In this document: positions 18,694-25,994 of the stretch, in pieces | Position numbering within the stretch: the stretch's first letter is position 1 | Layout of the letters: each line of letters opens with the position of its first letter | Assembly: GCA_965247255.1 (NCBI GenBank) | Contig: CBDFGS010000009.1 | Location: 416,964-480,963, forward strand | From: Dehalococcoidia bacterium | GTDB taxonomy: Bacteria > Chloroflexota > Dehalococcoidia > Lucifugimonadales > CAUZJF01 | Reading direction: 5' to 3' | DNA: 64,000 nt | The notes under the pieces: generated by a model | What the model was told of the DNA's origin: nothing | The model's database searches: none | Seen by the model: only the letters and a program-made list of their open reading frames with translations | Translations under genes and position numbers: made by a program

Positions 18694-19488
18694 CTACGAG
18701 TAGTCCTTCAACACACGCACTGGCAGGAGTTCGCTTTTACCCTTAAGCTCCAAGGTCCTCTTTTCCAGGTCCGAGCTAATCCCGGTACCTTCGAAGGCGT
18801 CTTCGCTGATCAAGATCTCGCCGGGCCCCGCCGCGGAGGAGAGGCGAGCCGCCACGTTTGGAGCGTCGCCCAGGACGGTGATGTCCGTCGCGCCGTCTGC
18901 CGACCCCACCGTTCCGACGAACGCCACCCCGGAGTGGATACCCACGCCCAGCGGGACCCAGGGTCCGTCGGGCGCGTCGTGACCGGTCGAGCGGAGCAGC
19001 TTTTGCGCGCCGCGTATCGCCGCGTTCTCGTGGTCATGCCCTACGTAGAACGGAAGGTACATTCCGACGACCTGGTCCCCCGCAAGTCTATCGACCCACG
19101 CGCGGCTCCGGAGAAGCACCTTGCCGGCCACTCCAAAGAAGCGGCTTATCAACGCGCTGAACTCAGAAGGAGTCATGCCTTCTGCGAGGCTGGTGGAGCC
19201 TCGCACGTCGGCGAACAACATGGAGAGCTCGACCTCGGCGCCACCGATGAACTGCGTCGCTGTCACCTGACACGCGTGGCAGAACTCCGAGGTCAGCCGC
19301 GACGGCCCTCTGCCAACGACCCGCATCACCGGGGCGATTGGGCCGTCGAAGGGCGAGCTACAGAATTTGCAGCGGGCGACCGAGGGCACACGCCCAAGGA
19401 CGTACCGCATCTGACGCAAGGGCGGCTTCGGGCCTTCCCCGGTCAACAATCCCCGCCACCAGTTCTCCACCGCTGTCTTGTCAGCCAC
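18694..19488 (-). CDS. class III adenylate/guanylate cyclase with an N-terminal Cys4 zinc-ribbon-like segment
   Basis: 264 aa: CKFC...CHAC, then MLFADVRGSTSLAE...GDQVVGMY...GIHSGVAFVGTVG...LGDAPNVAARL. Confidence 0.85.
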   Translation of the reverse strand: MADKTAVENWWRGLLTGEGPKPPLRQMRYVLGRVPSVARCKFCSSPFDGPIAPVMRVVGRGPSRLTSEFCHACQVTATQFIGGAEVELSMLFADVRGSTSLAEGMTPSEFSALISRFFGVAGKVLLRSRAWVDRLAGDQVVGMYLPFYVGHDHENAAIRGAQKLLRSTGHDAPDGPWVPLGVGIHSGVAFVGTVGSADGATDITVLGDAPNVAARLSSAAGPGEILISEDAFEGTGISSDLEKRTLELKGKSELLPVRVLKDYS

Positions 19489-19640
19489 GCGTTACTCCTA
19501 TTCCGTGCGCGGCCTCACGATAGCTCAAGGTGCCGTCATCGTGCAATATGCTTGGAGGAGTACGCGAAGAACCAGGGCAGCCTCCTCAGGACGACACTGC
19601 GGCGGAGGGCCTGGGGCGGTGGGGTCGGTGTTTCCTGGCC

Positions 19641-19900
19641 GTGGCAGCGTGCCCGACCCAAGTTACTTCGTCAGCAGCCTCCTCAGCACGACAGTGTGGC
19701 TGCTTTGCGGTGGCACCTGCAAATGGGAACCCCACACCAGGTACTTCGTCGGCCGCCTCCTCGGCACGACATCGTAGGGGCTTGTGGCGGTGGGAGTGTG
19801 CGTTTCGTAGCCGTGGCAGGTGCCCGACCCAGGGTACTTTGTCAGCAGCCTCCTCAGCACGACAGTGTGGCTGCTTTGCAGTGGCACCTGTAATACGGTC
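19641..19900. repeat. cluster of REP units (TACTTCGTC...CCTCCTCAGCACGACAG family)
   Basis: Two long units (about 19641-19725 and 19813-19895) and a shorter middle variant. Related units lie at 44786-44908. Confidence 0.8.
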
Positions 19901-19957
19901 CCCACACCGCCACGACAGTGTTGCGGAGCGCCACCATGGGCTTCAAGGCGTTGCCCG

Positions 19958-22684
19958 CTAGCCGTCTTGGCTACGATGCCAGCTTTGTGGCTCACCGAAA
20001 GCCTCGTGAAGCCGATCACGGAGCGGCGCCCACTCTTCGCCGAGGAGCAGTGCGCCGTAGCGCCGGTGAAGCCCTTGCTCCCAGCACTTGGCGAAGATGA
20101 ATTCGCGGAAGAACATGTCGTCCTTCGGGAAGGACCGGCGCGCGCTCTGGAGCCGGACCGCGGCGGGACCGGGTGAGCGGGCGAGGAGGTAGCCGGCCCC
20201 CTGGCCCAGCAAGGTCGGCACAAGGTGGAAGTTCCTATACTGGTACGCCTCCGGGATTAGCCCCCACCGATCGAGCAGGTCCGCCGCCACCGTTAGGTCT
20301 TCCATGACACCGTTAACGAGCGCGTCGATCACTCCTTCGATCTGAGCTGCTTCAGAGGCGTCCAGCGTCCCAGCCCGGCGCCGCTCGTCCTCGAACACGT
20401 GGAGGAGCCTGGCCATCAGTATCAGGCCCTGTCCACGGTAGTAGCGAGGGAGTGGGTGGGTCGGCGAGTGGGAGGCGGCCTCGCTGTAGAGGTCCCAAGC
20501 GCTAGTAGGGTCGCACAGACAGAGATGGGCATCGCCTTCCTGGCAGAGGGACCGGACCAGGCCGCTGCCGAGTTCCCTTCTACTCAGCTTCGCCGCACCC
20601 TGGGCATACTTCAGCGCGTCATGCCACTCACCCAGCGAGAACGAGCAGTCCGCAGCGAGCCGCCGCAGGTACACGTCGGTACGGCCGCTCTCCTTCTGCA
20701 GCGCCTTCCGGACCCTCCGAAGAGCGGCGTCCCAGTCCCCTCGCTCCTGCGCCATCATGCTCTGGGTGACGTCGTCCACGACTGTGGCCACCTCAAAGGC
20801 CCAGCGCTCGACCTCGTCTGCCAGGGCGTCTAGAGCCTTCTCTTTGGCGCCATCGGATATGCGTTGCGCCGGCACGTCCAGCACCCAGGCGACAAGCTTC
20901 ACAGGGGCGTTGCTCGGCGAGATGCGGTTAATCGTCGTGGGGAAGACGTTCCGGATTCGGTCGAGCTCGTATTTCGAGACCAGCTTGCCGAGGGCGATAA
21001 CGACTCCGACCCCCGGCAGCTCCCCGATGAAGCTCTCTGCGCCGAACACGGCGGGGGCCTCGGGCCAGTGCGACCGCACAAAGGAGCGCCATTCCAGGTG
21101 CTCCATGGTCTCGACCAGCCAGCGGCCGAGCCGATCGGAGACCACCGGGTCGAACTCCTCCGGGTCCGGGCGATGCGACGACAACAAGAGGAACGGTAGT
21201 CTCAGGTCTCGCTGCAAGTGTTCGCTCTCGCGTATCTCTACGGCCTTTCGATTGAGCAGCTCCAGCAGCGCATCTTTGAACTGCTCACGCTTGAGAATCG
21301 TGGAGGTGGCGAGATTCGCAGACACGTTGGCGGAGTGGACGGCGGCGCGCTGTCGTTCGATAATCTCGCCCACGATACGACTGAAGACGGTCAATACGCG
21401 GGTCTCGACCTCCAGCCGAGGCGCTTCTAGCCGAGGCATCAGCATATAGAGGGATCCTATCGAGCTGCCGGACCCGGCCATGATCGGCAAGGCCATCGCG
21501 GAAAAGCCCCCGCGGCCCTTGTCATCTGCTGCCTTGTTCCGGAGATAACGCGTCTCCTGCTCAACCGATTTGATGACCATAGTCCACGGATATTCGACGG
21601 TGGGTACCACCAATGGTACAGCCACGGCGCTGGCGTAGCCGGAGAGCATCTCCGCACTCTTGGCTGGTTCCCACAAAGAGGGCTCCCACGGCTTGGAGGC
21701 TGAGCTCGCGAGCGCCCGTGCCCCTTCCGATTCCTGTGTCATCTCGATGACCTCGCACAGGGCGCCCGAATATGTGGCGTCCAGGAACTGAGTCACGAGC
21801 CATAGCTGAAGATCGTCAGCCGACCCCGCCTCCGGTTCGATGGCGATATCGAACCTGGACGACGATTGGGCCTGGTGAAACTCCTCGAATTCGATGAAGA
21901 CGATATCGAGAATCCTGCCGACGAATTCGAGCGTCTTATCGTCCGAGGAGACGGACGATGGCCTCATGGTCCCAATCAGTAGCTCGTAGAGTTCTCGATC
22001 TGTTGCGACCTGCAGCTCGACAAAGTGGCGGGCGGTCACCTCTCCCCTCGTGGGAAGCTGGTCCTTACCGAGAAACAGGACTTCGAGCGACGGCGCGATA
22101 ACTGAGCACGATGGCGACGGCCGTTCCAGGATGGTGCGGAACACGTACTCATGACTGACGGAGCGGGGCTTGCCCGACGCAGGTTCGCCGGCCTGACGGC
22201 CGTGTCGTTTTACGACTAGGAGGCAGTTAGCGTAGTGTTCCTGGTTGTGGAGGAGCGCCGAGAGGGCGCTACCGATAAGGCGCGGCGGAACGCGTCTGCG
22301 CAGCCGGTCCAGCGCGGTAACTATGAGCCGGTTCCAAACTCCGCCGTACCGCGGCTCGCCGCTTTTCGAGACGTCCTTCCCCCCCACGACGGCGTCTACG
22401 GCCTCGCGGAACTTCATGCCCCTGGAGCGCAGGAACAACACAGTCAGGGCGTCTGCGGTGGCGGGCAGGCTGAACAACTCTTCGTCGCCGATGCCACGGG
22501 TCCGCAATCGGCCGATAAGCCAACGGCGCCCCTGCTCTCCCGCCATCCGCAGCACCTCGCCGGTGGTGAAGGAGAGTTGGCCGGGGTGGTGACTGTCGAG
22601 CCAATCGAAGGCTTCCTCGCGGATCTGAGGCGCATGATCGAGGTCTGGGGGGACTCCCGGGTTGAAGAGGGCTGTTTTCTGCAT
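19958..22684 (-). CDS. large multidomain regulator-like protein (MerR-like HTH, GAF-like domain, degenerate cyclase-like segment, TPR-like C-terminus); function unknown
   Basis: 908-aa uninterrupted ORF. The N-terminus (TTGEVLRMAG...LTVLFLRSRGMKFREAVDAV) resembles a MerR HTH. The middle (GFSAMALPIMAGSGSSIGSLYMLMP...VFSRIVGEIIERQR) resembles GAF. The C-terminus is helical-repeat-like. Domain calls are by eye only. Confidence 0.5.
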   Translation of the reverse strand: MQKTALFNPGVPPDLDHAPQIREEAFDWLDSHHPGQLSFTTGEVLRMAGEQGRRWLIGRLRTRGIGDEELFSLPATADALTVLFLRSRGMKFREAVDAVVGGKDVSKSGEPRYGGVWNRLIVTALDRLRRRVPPRLIGSALSALLHNQEHYANCLLVVKRHGRQAGEPASGKPRSVSHEYVFRTILERPSPSCSVIAPSLEVLFLGKDQLPTRGEVTARHFVELQVATDRELYELLIGTMRPSSVSSDDKTLEFVGRILDIVFIEFEEFHQAQSSSRFDIAIEPEAGSADDLQLWLVTQFLDATYSGALCEVIEMTQESEGARALASSASKPWEPSLWEPAKSAEMLSGYASAVAVPLVVPTVEYPWTMVIKSVEQETRYLRNKAADDKGRGGFSAMALPIMAGSGSSIGSLYMLMPRLEAPRLEVETRVLTVFSRIVGEIIERQRAAVHSANVSANLATSTILKREQFKDALLELLNRKAVEIRESEHLQRDLRLPFLLLSSHRPDPEEFDPVVSDRLGRWLVETMEHLEWRSFVRSHWPEAPAVFGAESFIGELPGVGVVIALGKLVSKYELDRIRNVFPTTINRISPSNAPVKLVAWVLDVPAQRISDGAKEKALDALADEVERWAFEVATVVDDVTQSMMAQERGDWDAALRRVRKALQKESGRTDVYLRRLAADCSFSLGEWHDALKYAQGAAKLSRRELGSGLVRSLCQEGDAHLCLCDPTSAWDLYSEAASHSPTHPLPRYYRGQGLILMARLLHVFEDERRRAGTLDASEAAQIEGVIDALVNGVMEDLTVAADLLDRWGLIPEAYQYRNFHLVPTLLGQGAGYLLARSPGPAAVRLQSARRSFPKDDMFFREFIFAKCWEQGLHRRYGALLLGEEWAPLRDRLHEAFGEPQSWHRSQDG

Positions 22685-22902
22685 CGTTCTCTACGCCTCC
22701 GGTGGAATTTAGTAGAACACTCGTCTCTGTCGATTAACACGGCTGCTACGCCGTAGCAAAAGTGGTGATACTTCTCCGTCGCGTCTACTTGTGCGTCGCA
22801 CTCATGTAGCGCATTATAAGACAATCGTCAATGGTAGAGCCGGAAGAGCGGGTGTGGAAGATAGCAGGCCTCAGTTTATCGACTGGCCAGAGGTCAGCGG
22901 GT

Positions 22903-23172
22903 GATAGGGCAGGTTTAAAACCTGCCCCTACATCGCAGCTGCAACACCTCCATGGTTGCCGGAGATCGCCCGCGGGTTCAGGACTTACGAACAGCCGGAG
23001 GGCGAGATGCTAGGCGACGCTGTCGCGGTGGTAAGGGCGATAGGGCAGGTTTAAAACCTGACCCTACATCGCAGCTGCAACACTCCATAGTTGCCCGAGA
23101 TCGTGTCTGGGTTCAAGACTTCCGATTAATCGGAGGCCGAGATGCTAGGTGACGCTGTCGCTGCTGCCGGCG
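22903..23172. repeat. tandem duplication (period about 135-136 bp) containing a GGGCAGGTTTAAAACCTGCCC hairpin and the ribosome-binding site plus first codons of the downstream gene
   Basis: Copy 1 is 22903-23038 and copy 2 is 23039 to about 23172. GAGATGCTAGG(C/T)GACGCTGTCGC occurs at 23004 and 23139, and only the second ATG (23142) opens a long ORF. Confidence 0.85.
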
Positions 23173-23786
23173 TGGTGGTGATCGCACTCGCTGGGCTGGT
23201 CTTGTCGAACCTGGCGTACGACCTGGGGGTGCCAAGGTCGGTCTCCCGCTTTGTCGCACCCGGACTCGCGGGCGCAGCGTTCCTCGTCGCAGTGCTGTGG
23301 TTGGACCCCTGGACAGCCGTCACCGTATCGGCGGTGCTAACGGTGTTCGTTTTCACACTTCGAGTGGGATTTCGTAGGGGGCTGCGCGGCGTTGCCGGCA
23401 ACCTTCCAACCCAGGACTGGGCGGAGGTGACCTTCGCCGTAGCGGGCACGGCCAGTCTGGCAATCGGATGGGGCTTGCTGGGCGACAGGTGGCTCGCGTT
23501 CTTGCCCATCTCGTTCATGGCCTGGGGGGACAGCGCTGCCGGGCTCACCAGGGCCACGCTCTGGCGCAACGACGTCGCGAGCATATGGCCGTCCATCGTA
23601 ATGCTGGGCGTTTGCCTAGCCACGGCGCTGCTGTTTGAGCCGTACTGGACCGGCGCCCTTGGCGCTTTCGCAGCTACCGCGGCGGAGCGTCGCCGGCCGA
23701 TGGCCCTCCCTATTTGGGACGACAACCTTCACGTGGTTGCAATATCGCTGGCTGCCATGGGCGTCGTGGCCACAATCTGGGGCTGA
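23142..23786 (+). CDS. polytopic membrane protein, possibly dolichol/phytol-kinase-like (CTP-dependent cytidylyltransferase family)
   Basis: 214 aa with about 6 TM helices. The WGDSAAGL motif resembles the conserved GD..A..G loop of the CDS/dolichol kinase family. Weak call. Confidence 0.4.
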   Translation: MLGDAVAAAGVVVIALAGLVLSNLAYDLGVPRSVSRFVAPGLAGAAFLVAVLWLDPWTAVTVSAVLTVFVFTLRVGFRRGLRGVAGNLPTQDWAEVTFAVAGTASLAIGWGLLGDRWLAFLPISFMAWGDSAAGLTRATLWRNDVASIWPSIVMLGVCLATALLFEPYWTGALGAFAATAAERRRPMALPIWDDNLHVVAISLAAMGVVATIWG

Positions 23787-24033
23787 GTCGCCGGGCGGAC
23801 TACCTGGTCGGCCGTACCTCCAATCGCACACCAGCTGCCGGCCTACCACGCCGACTCGAAGCGCGTAGCAGATGCATCAAGTATAATGCTCATTAATGCT
23901 ACGGCGCAGTAAAAGCGATGACGTTTCTCCGCCGTACCCCCTTGTGCGTCGCATATACGTAGCGCATCATGTCGCCAGGATGTCTAGGGCAATGAACACA
24001 GAGGGGACACAGAAAGCCAAGGAGATGGCCGTG

Positions 24034-24351
24034 ATGACGCGGAGAGAGCGGCGGGCGCGCCGGCAGCGACGGTTCGTCACGGTCAGGGAGGCCCAACTGG
24101 CGGCGCGACTGGCGCGAATGGGCTACAAGGTCTCTAACGAGAGCGGGGCCCTGAGGGTGCCGAGCAAGATGCGGACCTGGTACCAGGGCAATCGCAAGAG
24201 CGCCCACCAGCCACCCCCCGGCCAAGCGTGGGAGAGATCAGGCCCCGCCTACGTAACCGCAGCCAACGGGACCGGACTCGCGGAGCCGATCGTGCTACAT
24301 CGATGGCGGAGGCTGACGGCAGAATCAACGACGAACGACACAACCGAATAA
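24034..24351 (+). CDS. small basic protein, unknown function
   Basis: 105 aa (MTRRERRARRQRRFVTVREAQLAARLARMGYKV...). AAGGAG lies 9 nt upstream and a strong terminator follows. The longer track ORF from 23896 lacks an RBS. Confidence 0.4.
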   Translation: MTRRERRARRQRRFVTVREAQLAARLARMGYKVSNESGALRVPSKMRTWYQGNRKSAHQPPPGQAWERSGPAYVTAANGTGLAEPIVLHRWRRLTAESTTNDTTE

Positions 24352-24383
24352 ACCGGCGGCGACCCGGCCAGAACAGGGTTAGG

Positions 24384-24420
24384 AAAGACCACAGCCAGCA
24401 GCTGTGGTCTTTGCTTTTCC
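24384..24420 (+). terminator. intrinsic terminator (copy 1 of the duplicated module)
   Basis: GACCACAGC-CAGCA-GCTGTGGTC followed by TTTGCTTTTCC. Confidence 0.75.
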
Positions 24421-24525
24421 GAAGCTCTGACACGTCAAGAGGAAAGGGGTGGCAGCCATGGAGTAGGCACACCGGGTGAAGGCGACGGCGCAGCAACTTG
24501 CCTGACCAAAAAGGAGGTGAACGCG

Positions 24526-24834
24526 ATGATGCAGCAGGACTACCGGATGATCGAGGTTGAGCGGAGCCTACCCCGAGCTTACGGAGCGCAGACCGGCATC
24601 CCTCCGGCAGCCAGGGATATCAATCAGCGCGTTCGGCAGACCGAAAGGTACTACGAGCAACCTTACGCCTCCCGTGGCCCCGCGGAGGATGGTTGGGAGC
24701 TCTCCCCACCCGCATCCTATCGCAGCAACGCCGGCGTGGACCGAGATACAGGGCTGGGTGAGGTAGCCGCGGTAGGGGGCCTCGATTTCATCCTGCAGGT
24801 GGCATCGGCCCTCTTCGGGGGCGGTGACGAGTGA
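24526..24834 (+). CDS. small protein carrying the MMQQDYRM N-terminal module, unknown function
   Basis: 102 aa. AAAGGAGG lies 8 nt upstream of ATGATG. The N-terminal 36 aa are paralogous to the start of the 1483-aa protein. The C-terminus is hydrophobic (GLGEVAAVGGLDFILQVASALFGGG). Confidence 0.6.
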   Translation: MMQQDYRMIEVERSLPRAYGAQTGIPPAARDINQRVRQTERYYEQPYASRGPAEDGWELSPPASYRSNAGVDRDTGLGEVAAVGGLDFILQVASALFGGGDE

Positions 24835-24978
24835 CCAGGCGTAGACGAGCGACAGGGCTCCGGGCTATCACGCCGGCCATGTCGCTCGCGGGCGGGAAGA
24901 GGGTGATGTCCATGCGGTAAAGGTGGCCGACATCGGGACGTTGAATATCCAGACCAAAGACTAAGGAGGCGAACAGCT

Positions 24979-25770
24979 ATGAACAATACGCAAACTCTAA
25001 CCGCAGGCGACAGGGCGCCAGTCGATGTCAAGGCACCGGTCGGCGGGACGGGTAAAAAGAATCTCCTTGATCCCTTCGGCGCGGCTCAGGGCAGGCCTAG
25101 CCTTCTCCCGCGCCGGAGAGAAGGGACAAGAGTGGAGATGACCCCCAGCGAGCTGGTCATGGTGCAGATGATGCCATGGAGCAACCTGGCGCTGGAAGGC
25201 GTTCAGTCGCGAACGGTCGAGAGTCCACCCTACGAGGTTGTCACGGCGGCGCTGGGCGCGGCAATCGTGGCGAACGAGGAAGCTGGAGCCGTCAAGCTGG
25301 AGCTGGTGGAGGAGAAGCACTTCTTCGGATGGTTCACGAGCACCATCCTCAGAGCTACTCCAACGGGCAAGCTTTTCCGGTGGCCTACCGGCAGCCTGGA
25401 GCACAGCCTGGGTGAGCACATCACCGTAAAGGCCAAAAGAGTATCCGACGTCGTCTACGACTGGATCGGTGAGGACAAGGCCTACGCTCAGCGGTACGTA
25501 ACGAACCGAGCGATGGGGCGCATGGTCGCCAGGAAGATGGTAGCTCGGAAGACGGTGCGCATCGAGAAGAGGGCGTTGGGGCTCTTCAGCTACACGTCGA
25601 AGTCGACGTACTACGTGCTTCCGAAGCGGAGCTACGCCCTCGCAGATTCGCCTTCGGCTCTCCCTGCGCATGCGTATCGGTACGTCGGCTTGCGCGGGGA
25701 TGATCAGCTAGAGGTCGAAATCCGAAGCGGCGTGAGCCGGCGGCAAGAGGCATCTGATTGCTACGACTAG
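24979..25770 (+). CDS. hypothetical protein
   Basis: 263 aa. TAAGGAGG lies 9 nt upstream within a third partial copy of the CAGACCAAA..AGGAGGCGAAC leader. No motif I recognise. Confidence 0.6.
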   Translation: MNNTQTLTAGDRAPVDVKAPVGGTGKKNLLDPFGAAQGRPSLLPRRREGTRVEMTPSELVMVQMMPWSNLALEGVQSRTVESPPYEVVTAALGAAIVANEEAGAVKLELVEEKHFFGWFTSTILRATPTGKLFRWPTGSLEHSLGEHITVKAKRVSDVVYDWIGEDKAYAQRYVTNRAMGRMVARKMVARKTVRIEKRALGLFSYTSKSTYYVLPKRSYALADSPSALPAHAYRYVGLRGDDQLEVEIRSGVSRRQEASDCYD

Positions 25771-25855
25771 CGAAGGTCAGGGATGGTCCGAAATGTCGTT
25801 CCGAACGAAGTGAAGAATCTGGGGCCGGGGGGCCGCACCCTACGGCACCGGGAGG

Positions 25856-25890
25856 AAAGACCACAGCCAACAGCTGTGGTTTTTGCTTTC
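25856..25890 (+). terminator. intrinsic terminator (copy 2 of the duplicated module)
   Basis: GACCACAGC-CAACA-GCTGTGGTT followed by TTTTGCTTTC. Confidence 0.75.
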
Positions 25891-25994
25891 CCACACCTCG
25901 GACACTTTAAGACGGAGGTGGCAGCTATGGAGTAGACGCACCGAATCAAGGTGGCGGTGAAGCAACTCGCCAGACCAAAAAGGAGGCGAACGCG

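Noticed and set aside
18694-22684. Pycsar/CBASS-like antiphage cyclase-effector pair
   Set aside because: The neighbour lacks a recognisable cNMP-binding (CAP_ED) domain, a TIR domain or a TM effector domain. It is separated from the cyclase by about 470 bp of REP DNA, and its architecture looks like a transcriptional regulator.
24440-24500. Sigma-54 promoter (TGGCAC-N5-TTGC) in the duplicated leader, prompted by GGTGGCAGCC and TAGGCACACC
   Set aside because: The spacing and the -12 element do not fit, and the second leader copy (TAGACGCACC) loses the GGCAC entirely.
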